Source: an uncultured delta proteobacterium (GTDB lineage Bacteria > Myxococcota_A > Polyangia > Polyangiales > Houyiibacteriaceae). Taken from it: a stretch of 64,000 nucleotides of DNA. The notes beneath the pieces were generated by a model that was given only the letters and a program-made list of their open reading frames with translations, ran no database searches and was not told the DNA's origin. The position numbers and the translations under genes were made by a program. Each line of letters starts with the position of its first letter. Position 1 is the first letter of the stretch. Location: the NCBI GenBank assembly GCA_963699755.1, contig CAVOVB010000001.1, positions 1,376,001 to 1,440,000 on the forward strand, in the 5' to 3' direction. Of this stretch, positions 51,499 to 60,492 are shown one piece after another.

Positions 51499-53114
51499 AA
51501 GGGATTCGCGGCGCCGGGCGTACCCAAGTCACCCTCTCCGTAGGCCTCCGTGGCATCACAGCGATTACCCAGCTCGTCGATCTGAGTTGCCACACCAGCG
51601 CTGGAGCGCTCGTAGCTCACCGAGTCGAGGACTTGCTCACCGACATGCAAGCGGATCGTCTCATCGCCGTTGTTCAGAGCCAGAGACAGCTCGGCATCTA
51701 CAGCAGGTAGCCCCCCATTTTCCAGGGGATTGGCGTTTCGCGCAAAGACGACGTGAGCCCCTGCCGCGACTTCCAGACAATCCTCGCGCTCGAGTGCGGC
51801 CGTGCTGGAGCTGCGATCGGAGAGCACGAGCCCGTTGAGGTCGACGGCGCTGTCGAAGCGAACCTCGACCCACTCGCCGTCGCGGTTCCCGACCTCGCGC
51901 GGGTTTGCCATCCACTCGCTGATCGAAGCCTCGCCCGGAACCGGACTGAGGATCGCCCGAGGCTCTCCCTCGTCGAGGCACATGCCTGGACCGAGGAGGA
52001 TCGGACAACTAGGGTTGGCGTCGCCGGGGGTCCCGAAGTTGCCGTTGATGTACTCGTCGTGCGGCAAGGCGAGGCAGACCTCGTCATTCGGGTCGAGCTG
52101 CCAGGCCACGCCTTCGACCGTGCTCTCATAGCTCACCTGGTCGAGGACGATGTCGCCCGCAGCTGCCACGATGCTCCGCGAACCGGAGTTGCCCAGGCTG
52201 AATCCTAGCTCCGCGTCGACGCGGGGAGCCGCCGTCGGACTCGCTCCGAAGACGACCCGTGCGCCCGCGCCGACCGGAAAACAGGTTTCCTCTTCGAAGA
52301 CCGTGAGCAAGGCATCGGGCGCCGGCCCGAGTTGAAAGCCGTTTAGGTCAGCTTCGGCACGGAAGAGAACCTCGACCCACTCGAAATCCGCATCTGCACC
52401 CTGGGGATCGGCCATCCATTCGCGGAGCTGCACCTCGCCTGGCTCTGGGAGTTGGATTGCCCGGCGGGTTCCGGATTCGAGGCATCCACCCGGCGGCTCC
52501 TCTACCACACAAGGGCTGTTCGGCGCGCCAGGGGTCCCGAAATTGCCTGGAAAAACCTCGTCGACCCCCTCCGGGGTCGTGCACCAGTGCTTCGCCTCGT
52601 CGTTGAGCTCGTGGTCCGGAGCGAACCTCCCGTCGAGCTCGAGCGCACGGCCGTCTGTGGTCCGAGCGTAGCCCACCTGATCGATGAGCACCTGGCCGCA
52701 GAGAAGGGCAACCCTTGCATCCGAGTTTCGAAGGCTGCCGAGCGTGCTTCCGTAACTGTAGTCGACGTGCGGCGGCATCGAGTCTGGCGCTGCATTTCCA
52801 ACGACCAAGTAGTCGCCGGCCGCGATCGAGAGGTCGAAGAAACGATGGGTGGTGGCGCCGGTCCCAGCCGAGCGGCTCGAGCTCAGTGTGAGACCGTCGA
52901 GCGAAAGCGGGACCTCGCTTGCGTTGAAGAGCTCGATGTACTCACCATCGCCGTCGCTCCCGTCGGGGTTGGCATGCAGCTCTGTGATGACGACGTCACC
53001 AGGCGCTAGGTCATCATCACAGGCGCCCGTGGCAGCGAGCTCCTCCCGCATGCAACTTCCGAGCACCAAGAGCAGGCAAACGAGCCCGCGCGCGCAATTC
53101 CAATCACCCGCCAT
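51489..53114 (-). CDS. Lipoprotein with three lamin-tail (LTD) domains
   Basis: LGSC lipobox; three repeats of ExxAxP...E(Y/W)(I/V)E...GTPGxxNxxC. Confidence 0.85.
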   Translation of the reverse strand: MAGDWNCARGLVCLLLVLGSCMREELAATGACDDDLAPGDVVITELHANPDGSDGDGEYIELFNASEVPLSLDGLTLSSSRSAGTGATTHRFFDLSIAAGDYLVVGNAAPDSMPPHVDYSYGSTLGSLRNSDARVALLCGQVLIDQVGYARTTDGRALELDGRFAPDHELNDEAKHWCTTPEGVDEVFPGNFGTPGAPNSPCVVEEPPGGCLESGTRRAIQLPEPGEVQLREWMADPQGADADFEWVEVLFRAEADLNGFQLGPAPDALLTVFEEETCFPVGAGARVVFGASPTAAPRVDAELGFSLGNSGSRSIVAAAGDIVLDQVSYESTVEGVAWQLDPNDEVCLALPHDEYINGNFGTPGDANPSCPILLGPGMCLDEGEPRAILSPVPGEASISEWMANPREVGNRDGEWVEVRFDSAVDLNGLVLSDRSSSTAALEREDCLEVAAGAHVVFARNANPLENGGLPAVDAELSLALNNGDETIRLHVGEQVLDSVSYERSSAGVATQIDELGNRCDATEAYGEGDLGTPGAANPLCS

Positions 53115-53180
53115 ATCGACCTCCCACCGTTGTGGTTTCGGGCGTTATCGGACGGCGGTTTGGTCGGTTTCGTCCGAGGC

Positions 53181-54293
53181 TCAGGGCAGGGAGGGAAGCG
53201 CAACCTGATCAGGCTCGGTGACGACGATTTGAAGCGTCCGGTAGTTGCCCTTCTCGTAGCGCTCCACCGTCCCTCGAACGGTCACAGGCTCTCGTCTGAA
53301 GCGTTCGATCCCGCTTTCGCGAAACACGTCGCGATCGAAGAAGATGACGGGAAAGCTCTTGTTGGGCGCGGTCTCCAAAGAGACGCGAACCAGGCCGCCG
53401 AAGTGCTGGATTCGGTCCACGGTGGAAAAGACCGTGACCTTCTTTCCTAGATTCTGTTCGAGTCGGTCCTGCACATCCCATTGCGTCAACAGGATGAAAT
53501 CTTCTCGGCGATTTGCTTCGTGCTCAAACGCACGAATGAAATCGGCGCGCGCGTCCCACCAGGCTTTGCGTTCGTCGTAGTCGCCATAGCCCTGGGCACT
53601 CGGATTCCAGATTCCGCGTTGCGCCTCTCGAGCGTCGGCTTCCGCGTGCGCGAGTTGATTGTGAAATCGGCGCGAGTATCCGTATTTCGTGAAGTACGGG
53701 CTCATCCCGGCGCGCACGCACTCGACGTTGTAGCTCGTCCAGCGACCGTTCTTCTTCACGAACGCGTACGCGAGGAGGCGTCCGTAGTTTCCCCGGATCT
53801 CCTTCGGGTCATCGCGTTCCAGGCGAACTTCGTCCGCACCTTTGAAAAAATTCTCCGCAAACTTAGAGGCCTCTTCCCCCATCGGCGTTCCAGCCTTCAC
53901 GGGCCGCGCCGCGTCGCCACGCTTTGTTCTCAGGTATTGTTTGAAATCTTTGGAGGCCGCTGCCCGGTCGGTCTTGCTGTGAAATCTCTCCTCGGTGTCG
54001 AGCGAAAGCAATCGAACGGAACCGTCGATCCCTTCGACCCGGATGGTGTCCCCGTCGATGACTGGATCGTCTGCCAGCCGGTACTCTCCGATCAGCAGAC
54101 CCTCTTGGTCCGATCCGCTTCGATCCCTTTCGCGTGGTCGCTCGGCAGCTCCGCTATGCGCCTCCGTGGCGTCGACCTGCTGCACTGGCGTCTCGACCGT
54201 AGCACCTCGGTCGCAACCCACGCTCCCGACGGAGATACACGCACTCGACAGCCAGATGCTCACCCACCTTCGCATCAGCCGTAACCTATTCAA
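53181..54293 (-). CDS. Thermonuclease (SNase-like) with C-terminal OB-like domain, exported
   Basis: VIDGDTIRV, VRLLSLDTEE, YGRLLAY, EADAREAQRGIW; start uncertain (54293 or 54275). Confidence 0.88.
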   Translation of the reverse strand: MNRLRLMRRWVSIWLSSACISVGSVGCDRGATVETPVQQVDATEAHSGAAERPRERDRSGSDQEGLLIGEYRLADDPVIDGDTIRVEGIDGSVRLLSLDTEERFHSKTDRAAASKDFKQYLRTKRGDAARPVKAGTPMGEEASKFAENFFKGADEVRLERDDPKEIRGNYGRLLAYAFVKKNGRWTSYNVECVRAGMSPYFTKYGYSRRFHNQLAHAEADAREAQRGIWNPSAQGYGDYDERKAWWDARADFIRAFEHEANRREDFILLTQWDVQDRLEQNLGKKVTVFSTVDRIQHFGGLVRVSLETAPNKSFPVIFFDRDVFRESGIERFRREPVTVRGTVERYEKGNYRTLQIVVTEPDQVALPSLP

Positions 54294-54363
54294 TTTGGCC
54301 GCTGCCCGCTAGCGCCTAGAGAGGTCGGTCATCACGACCAGCGCGAATCTGGAGCTGAGGCAG

Positions 54364-55845
54364 CTATTTGTCCTCCGGCGACTCTACCCTGGCCAATCGA
54401 CGCGCTAGCCCCTTCTTGAAATCGAGCTCCATCTGTCGGCCGATCTGAATTCGCTGGGCTTGCGGTGAGCCCGCGCCGTGCAGTGACTCAGTGAGGTAGC
54501 CGACCGCGTTGCGGCCCATGGTCATGTTTTCGATCAAGCGCAGGATGCGGATGCGGGCTTCGGTTGGGACATCGGCTCGGCCTTTGAGGTACTTGTCGAG
54601 AAGCGCGCCGATCTCCGGGTGCTTCAGCTCTTTCTCCGATGGCGCGGTGCTGACCAGGCCACCTGCCAAGTCCTGCGCCAGCCTTCCGATTTCGAAAGGC
54701 ATCCTGGTGACGTGGTGCTTGCAGACGTTGGCGAGCATGTCGTCGTTCAAGTAGCAGCCTGACTTGGTGGGCCGTCCCTGGTATGACGACGCAATGCCCG
54801 CCGCGTACATCGTCTCGTTGAGATGAGTCATCTGCACGAGCTTGTCTTTGATGTGCGAGGCCTTGTCTATGCCGTTGTATTCCGCGATTTGCGCGGCTGC
54901 ACCAATCAGGACGTCGCCGACCCCCGTTTTGCAGACATAGCTGCGGCGGTGGTAGCAGGTGAATCGTTCGACCAGCATGGACGCAAACTCGTACTCGCCG
55001 CTCATGAAGACATGATCCCAGGGGACGAAGACCTCGTCGAGCACGACCATGGCCTCTTGGCCAGAGAAGTCCGCGTTGCCGACGTCGATTGAGCCCGCTT
55101 CCATGCTGCGGGTGTCGCAGGATTGTCGTCCGTAGATGTAGGTGATGCCAGGTGCATCCACGGGGAAGGCGGCCACCACTGCGTAATCTTTGTCGGCGAT
55201 CCCTAGGCGCATGGTCGGCATGGCGATGATCCAATGCGAGTTGATACAACCGGTCTGGTGGGCCTTGGCGCCCTTGAGCCAAAGGCCTTCGTCGTTGCGC
55301 TTGGTAATGTGTACGAAGAGATCGGGATCAATCTGTTGGTGCGGGGCTTTGCTCCGGTCTCCCTTGACGTCGGTCATCGCGCCGCCGACGACGTAGTTTC
55401 GCTCCTGCATCGTCGTCAAGAATGCCTTGAGGCGCTCGTGGTATGGCGTGCCGTGCTTCTCGTCGATTTCGTAGGTGACAGAATAGAGAGAATTGAAAGC
55501 GTCCATGCCGACGCAGCGCTGAAAGCATGTGCCGGTGTTCTGGCCGAGCTTGCGCTGCATGACGTTTTGGGCGACCAAATCTTCGGCACTTCGTGCAACG
55601 TGAAGGAATCGGTTGACGCGTTTGCCCGTCAGGGACGAGTCTGTTGTAGCGATCGCGGGCTCACGAAGTGCAAGCTCGTAGGTTTCGGCTACTGCGTTGA
55701 TCGAGGGCCGGATCATCGGATGATCGACCGGCTCGTCGACTAGCTCTCCGAAGAGAAAGACCCTCAGATTCCGGCCGCGAAGGCTGTCGATGTACTCGTC
55801 GCCCGTTTCGATTCGTTTCGGGTTCTCGCGGTCGCCGTCAGGCAT
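54364..55845 (-). CDS. abfD: 4-hydroxybutyryl-CoA dehydratase (HpaB/AbfD family)
   Basis: TGTCFQRCVGMD and YHRRSYVCK ([4Fe-4S] ligands), MTDVKGDR, ESLHGAGSPQAQ. Confidence 0.88.
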   Translation of the reverse strand: MPDGDRENPKRIETGDEYIDSLRGRNLRVFLFGELVDEPVDHPMIRPSINAVAETYELALREPAIATTDSSLTGKRVNRFLHVARSAEDLVAQNVMQRKLGQNTGTCFQRCVGMDAFNSLYSVTYEIDEKHGTPYHERLKAFLTTMQERNYVVGGAMTDVKGDRSKAPHQQIDPDLFVHITKRNDEGLWLKGAKAHQTGCINSHWIIAMPTMRLGIADKDYAVVAAFPVDAPGITYIYGRQSCDTRSMEAGSIDVGNADFSGQEAMVVLDEVFVPWDHVFMSGEYEFASMLVERFTCYHRRSYVCKTGVGDVLIGAAAQIAEYNGIDKASHIKDKLVQMTHLNETMYAAGIASSYQGRPTKSGCYLNDDMLANVCKHHVTRMPFEIGRLAQDLAGGLVSTAPSEKELKHPEIGALLDKYLKGRADVPTEARIRILRLIENMTMGRNAVGYLTESLHGAGSPQAQRIQIGRQMELDFKKGLARRLARVESPEDK

Positions 55846-55879
55846 CGTCCCTCCAAGCTGGGCTACTCTACCATGGGGC

Positions 55880-56749
55880 TCAAAGGGGGGCGCCCAGCAG
55901 CTCGGTCGAGGTTTCCTCCACGAAAAACCGGCCTTTGTCGTTCCGGGCGATTCGTCCGAGGGCGACCTCGTGGTCGTGCGTGAAGAAAAGACGTCCGCGC
56001 TGTTCGATCAAACGCGTTAGCAAGTCCCTCTTTTCATCGATCAGCTGCTCCGGATACCGGTCGTAGCCCATGGTGATCGGCAAATGCACCCAGGCACGCC
56101 CTGGGACGAGGTCCGCCACAAACACCACGGGACCATCGTCGCCCGGGATCTCGGTCAGCATGAGTCCGGGAGTATGCCCTTCGGAAAGCCAGAGCTTGTA
56201 GTCCGCGCCGAGGGTTTCGGAACGGGATCCTTTCACGACTTCGAGCCGCCCGCTCTCCTCGAGCAGAAGGGGAAGCTCAGGAATGAACGAAGCCCGGTCT
56301 CGAGCGTGTGGATGCTTGGCGCGCTGCCAGGCCTCCGCGCTGACCACGAATGTAGCCTTGGGAAATAGGAGGCGCATCGGCTCTTCCGGCTCATAGGCGT
56401 TGAGCAAACCCCCGGCGTGGTCGAAATGAAGGTGTGACAGGACGACGCAGTCGATGTCCTCGTGCGCGAACCCAGCTCGTGTCAGATTGTCGAGCAGGAC
56501 GTGGCGCTCCTCTTGGATGCCAAAGCGGTCGCGGAGCTGAGGTGGGAAGAAGGCACCGACCCCGGTCTCGAACAGGATGTGCCGACCGCCGTCTTCGATC
56601 AGCAATGCCCTGCACGCGAGCGGAATGCGATTTCGTTCGTCCGGTTCGACCCATTTGTGCCATAACGCGCGAGGAGCGTTTCCAAACATGGCGCCGCCGT
56701 CGAGGCGCTGTGAATTGCCTAGAATCGACCATGCGTTGCGTTTCCCCAT
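55880..56749 (-). CDS. MBL-fold metallo-hydrolase (YtnP-like)
   Basis: [27 protein letters not shown]. Confidence 0.92.
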   Translation of the reverse strand: MGKRNAWSILGNSQRLDGGAMFGNAPRALWHKWVEPDERNRIPLACRALLIEDGGRHILFETGVGAFFPPQLRDRFGIQEERHVLLDNLTRAGFAHEDIDCVVLSHLHFDHAGGLLNAYEPEEPMRLLFPKATFVVSAEAWQRAKHPHARDRASFIPELPLLLEESGRLEVVKGSRSETLGADYKLWLSEGHTPGLMLTEIPGDDGPVVFVADLVPGRAWVHLPITMGYDRYPEQLIDEKRDLLTRLIEQRGRLFFTHDHEVALGRIARNDKGRFFVEETSTELLGAPL

Positions 56750-56785
56750 GGGCGAAGCCTAGCAGGGCAGGATGCGCGTTTGAAG

Positions 56786-57211
56786 TCAGCGCCTGACGAC
56801 GTACACGTTGCACGCTGCGTGTCGGACCACGCGCTCGGCGACGCTGCCGATGAGCCAGCGCTCCATGCCGCCTCGTCCATGAGAGCCCAGCACGATCAGA
56901 TCGACTCCATGGTTCTCTGCGTAATCGCAGATGGCCCTTGCTGGGGCATGGTCTGCAATCACGGCGACCTCGACCGGAACATCGGATAGAAACTGGTCTC
57001 GTAGCGCGGCCAGCTCGGCTGCGCGCGCAGCGTCGTCGGTCTTGGACACGGGCTCGAGCACGGCTTGCGGAGGAATGAAGGCTCGCGGGTCCGAGATGTG
57101 GATCAAAGTGACCTTGCTGCCGTTTGCTCTAGCGTATTCCCCAACCTCATCGAGCGCCCTCGTCGAGTGTTCCGAGAAGTCGATGCATGCGAGGATATGC
57201 TTTGCCGCCAT
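56786..57211 (-). CDS. Universal stress protein
   Basis: ILACIDFSE, DLIVLGSHGR, IGSVAERVVRHA. Confidence 0.95.
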   Translation of the reverse strand: MAAKHILACIDFSEHSTRALDEVGEYARANGSKVTLIHISDPRAFIPPQAVLEPVSKTDDAARAAELAALRDQFLSDVPVEVAVIADHAPARAICDYAENHGVDLIVLGSHGRGGMERWLIGSVAERVVRHAACNVYVVRR

Positions 57212-57236
57212 GCGCGAAACCTATCATCTTTCCCAA

Positions 57237-57533
57237 ATGGGGGGCATCTGGAGAGCTCGGCTGGCGCTGATGGCGGCTTGTTTCGTCGTTCTTGCCCTGG
57301 GATGCAGCAAAGCGGCCGATACGGAGGGGACCACGGCGGCGGGCCGGAGCAGTGAGGGTGAGCCGCGTAGCTCCCGCCCTTCGAGGTCCGAGATCGCCTG
57401 CCACCTGCACTCCTGCGCGCCCCCGTTTTATTGCAACCGGGGCAAGGGCGTCTGCGAGCGGTTGCCCTGCATCGAGAGCCGGGACTGCCCATACGGTTAC
57501 AAGTGCGATCTTTCGAAGAACGTCTGCCAGTGA
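57237..57533 (+). CDS. Small Cys-rich lipoprotein
   Basis: LALGC lipobox; C-terminal 8 Cys in two mini-repeats. Confidence 0.7.
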   Translation: MGGIWRARLALMAACFVVLALGCSKAADTEGTTAAGRSSEGEPRSSRPSRSEIACHLHSCAPPFYCNRGKGVCERLPCIESRDCPYGYKCDLSKNVCQ

Positions 57534-57546
57534 AGCCGTTCATCCG

Positions 57547-57684
57547 GTGTAAGCACCGCTCAGATGTCGGTCCAAAGACAAGTAATCACTGGTAACATTG
57601 GAGCTCGCACGCATGGCTGGCGATTGGAGTCAGAAGTTAGCAGCGCTTACTTCCAATTCGCCGCGAAGTAAGCGACGATAACAT
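57547..57684. promoter_or_regulatory. Four 19-bp imperfect palindromes, candidate TetR operators
   Basis: Boxes at 57547, 57580, 57634 and 57666; consensus AAGTwAGC-n3-GnTwACwT. Confidence 0.6.
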
Positions 57685-57703
57685 CTTCTGGTAGGCTCGC
57701 CCG

Positions 57704-58309
57704 ATGAGCGCGGAACAGCAATCCTACCACCACGGAGGTCTGAGAGAGGCCCTCCTCGAGACCGCCTTCGGTCTCGTCGACGCCGGGGGCGCCCAGGCGA
57801 TCAGCATGCGCGCCCTCGCGCGGGCGGCTGGCGTTTCGTCGGCCGCGCCTTTCCGGCATTTCGCCGGCAAGCAGCAGCTTTTGGACGCAATTGCCGAGAG
57901 AGCAGCCGCAGCGCTCCAAAGCAGGCTCGATGACGCGACCGATGACCGCGACGACGCCCTCACTCAGTTTCGGGCGATGACGGTGGCTTACGTTCGTTTT
58001 GCAACCGAGCACCCACGGCTTTTCGAGCTGATTCAGCGGACGCCCTCGCTTTGCGGTGCTTTCATGGGTGGACTCGAGGATGAGCGCAGACTGAAGTTGA
58101 TCGCGCTCATCTGCGAGGGCCAGAATGCCGGACTCATCCCCGATGCGGATCCGGAGCTCATCGCCCTGACGAGCGAGGCCCTCACTCACGGTCTTGCCCG
58201 GATGATGGTGGACCGCCATCCCAGAGTTCGAAACCTGAGCTCTGAAGACGCCCGCAAGCTCGCCCTGGCCGCGACCCAGCTCCTCCAAAGCGGCATCGGG
58301 CTTTCGTAG
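57704..58309 (+). CDS. TetR/AcrR family regulator
   Basis: YHHGGLREALL, ISMRALARAAGVSSAAPFRHF, AYVRFATEHP. Confidence 0.94.
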   Translation: MSAEQQSYHHGGLREALLETAFGLVDAGGAQAISMRALARAAGVSSAAPFRHFAGKQQLLDAIAERAAAALQSRLDDATDDRDDALTQFRAMTVAYVRFATEHPRLFELIQRTPSLCGAFMGGLEDERRLKLIALICEGQNAGLIPDADPELIALTSEALTHGLARMMVDRHPRVRNLSSEDARKLALAATQLLQSGIGLS

Positions 58310-58408
58310 CCGAACGCGACTTCTCCTTACAGCGCGGCTAGAACGCAAGCGTCTCCTTCTGGAGGCGGAATCCGATTCGGAAGAGGAAGGTTCGGGGAGG
58401 GCTCGCGG

Positions 58409-58822
58409 CTATCTGTCTCGCGGGTTGGTTCGATGGAGTGCTGTTCGGCTTCCAGCTGGATTCGAACTGGCGTGTCCGGAGCCGTGCATGGCCGCCGTGA
58501 CCCGGATCCCTCTGTCTGAGTCGAGGATCGACAGGAGCAGGGCTCGTCGGTCTGTGTAGCCCGAGCGCTGATCGTGCGTTTCGTCAGTGCCTGCGTCGGG
58601 CGTGCCATGAATCTCGGCGGACTCGGAATGCCGATGCTCGCTCGGGTCGTGCTGATGCACATCGGCGTGAACCCAATCGCCGTGCTCGGCGCAGCGGCTG
58701 TGCTCGACCAGAGGCAGGGGACCGCCACTTGAACCGTGGAGAACGAGCGCGAGCAAGCCGGAAAGGACGCAACCATCTAGAATCATTGCAGATCCACGGA
58801 TTAATTCCATTGCAGGGGGCAT
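58409..58822 (-). CDS. His-rich hypothetical protein, possibly degraded
   Basis: VEHSRCAEHGDWVHADVHQH motif; flanks look poorly protein-like. Confidence 0.4.
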   Translation of the reverse strand: MPPAMELIRGSAMILDGCVLSGLLALVLHGSSGGPLPLVEHSRCAEHGDWVHADVHQHDPSEHRHSESAEIHGTPDAGTDETHDQRSGYTDRRALLLSILDSDRGIRVTAAMHGSGHASSNPAGSRTALHRTNPRDR

Positions 58823-58962
58823 CGTGAAAGCTCAAGTATGGCCGAAGCCCCGTGGAGATTGGTCTGCCTACGATGTGTGCTGGAGCGGCTCACCCTGCGG
58901 GGCTACACCCTCCTCCTGTCCTGCACGCTACTATCTAATCGGCTTTGAAGGCCCACCCTCTG

Positions 58963-60492
58963 ATGTCGCGAGACGATCCCACCGAAGTAACACGCCAACA
59001 CGTGTTCAAGCAGAAGGGCCTCTCCAACAAGGAGGAGCAGGCGCGCATCGTCGTGCTCGCCGGCAAGCTTGCGGGCGACAAGTATGCCATCGGAAAAGAG
59101 CTGACGCTCGGCCGCGGGGACAAAGCCGACGTCCAGATGGACGACACGCTCGTTTCGCGTGTCCACGTGCGCATCTTCCAGCACGAGAACGGATCCTATT
59201 TGATCGAAGACCTCGACAGTCGCAACGGCACGCAGGTCAACGGGATGTCGGTGAGTCGGCGGGTGCTCACGTACGGCGACAGAATCCAGATCGGCAGCTC
59301 CTTGCTTCTGTTTGCGCATCACGATCCCATGGAAGAACAGGTCGCGCAGCGGCGCAAGCTCGAGGCAATCGGGCGACTCGGAACGGGAGTGGCACACGAC
59401 TTCAATAATCTTCTTGGTGCCGTGAGGTCGAGCATCGATTTCTTGAACGGCCTTCCCGCGGAAACCAAGGTCAGCGACCCGGACGTGCGCGAAGCATTCG
59501 ACGACATCCGTTCGGCTGCGTCGGCCGCGACCGAGATGACCAGCCGCTTGCTTGGTTTCGCCCGCGAAGTCGAGCGAAGTCATACCGAAGTCGACCTCTC
59601 AGAGCTATGCCACCATGTCGTGCAGCTTGCGCGTCACACCTTTCACCGAAGCATTGCGATCGAGGCCCGGATCGATCGAGGCCTCAAGGTCAGTGGCGAT
59701 CGTGGTCAGCTCCATCAGCTCCTCATGAACCTGCTGATCAACGCCCGCGATGCGATGCCCAACGGGGGGAAGCTCAAGCTCACTGCCAAGAAGGCCGATC
59801 CAATCGACCTCGAGAAGGCGCCCCTCAACCCCTTGGTTGCGCATGCGATCATCACCGTGGAGGACACCGGCATCGGAATGGACGATGCAACGCGAGAGCG
59901 CGCGTTCGATCCCTTCTTCACGACGAAGGGCGACCAGGTTGGTGCAGGCCTGGGTCTCGCCGCGGTGTACGAGATTGCGAAATCGCACAACGGCCACATC
60001 ACTCTGCACAGTGTGCCGAACCGGGGCAGCGAGTGTCAGGTTGTCTTCCCACTCACGAGCGAGCGGACCGTAGTGCCCACGGAGCCGAGTCTTCCGGCGA
60101 TCAAGCTACCGCGGACTCAGCTTCTGATCCTGCTGGTCGACGATGAAGACGTAGTCCGGCGAAGCGCGGGTCGTGTGGTCCGCCAGAGCGGCCACCGCGT
60201 GATCTTCGCACGCGGCGGCGACGAGGCGCTGCGGATCTACAATGAGACACAGCCGCGGCCCGACCTGGTCTTGATGGACCTCAACATGCCTGGGATGACG
60301 GGCGATCTGGCTTTCAGGAAGCTGAAGGAAGTCGATCCCGAGGCGCCGGTGGTATTCGTCTCGGGCTACTGGGACCGCGACCTCGAGCGCGAGCTTCGCG
60401 GCATGGGGGCGCTCGGCTTCGTTCAAAAACCCTACGAAGCTGCTACGCTCCGGGACGCCATCGTTCAGGCGATGACCTCCCAGACTTCATGA
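58963..60492 (+). CDS. Cytoplasmic hybrid histidine kinase (FHA-HisKA-HATPase-REC)
   Basis: FHA LGR..SRVH..SRNGT; AHDFNN; NARDA, DTGIGM, FFTTK; LLVDDE, MDLNMP, KP. Confidence 0.94.
   Translation: MSRDDPTEVTRQHVFKQKGLSNKEEQARIVVLAGKLAGDKYAIGKELTLGRGDKADVQMDDTLVSRVHVRIFQHENGSYLIEDLDSRNGTQVNGMSVSRRVLTYGDRIQIGSSLLLFAHHDPMEEQVAQRRKLEAIGRLGTGVAHDFNNLLGAVRSSIDFLNGLPAETKVSDPDVREAFDDIRSAASAATEMTSRLLGFAREVERSHTEVDLSELCHHVVQLARHTFHRSIAIEARIDRGLKVSGDRGQLHQLLMNLLINARDAMPNGGKLKLTAKKADPIDLEKAPLNPLVAHAIITVEDTGIGMDDATRERAFDPFFTTKGDQVGAGLGLAAVYEIAKSHNGHITLHSVPNRGSECQVVFPLTSERTVVPTEPSLPAIKLPRTQLLILLVDDEDVVRRSAGRVVRQSGHRVIFARGGDEALRIYNETQPRPDLVLMDLNMPGMTGDLAFRKLKEVDPEAPVVFVSGYWDRDLERELRGMGALGFVQKPYEAATLRDAIVQAMTSQTS

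Noticed and set aside
35656..55845. Autotrophic carbon fixation (Mcl of the 3-HP bicycle, AbfD of 4-HB cycles)
   Set aside because: No carboxylase, malonyl-CoA reductase or propionyl-CoA synthase is in the window, and both enzymes have heterotrophic roles.
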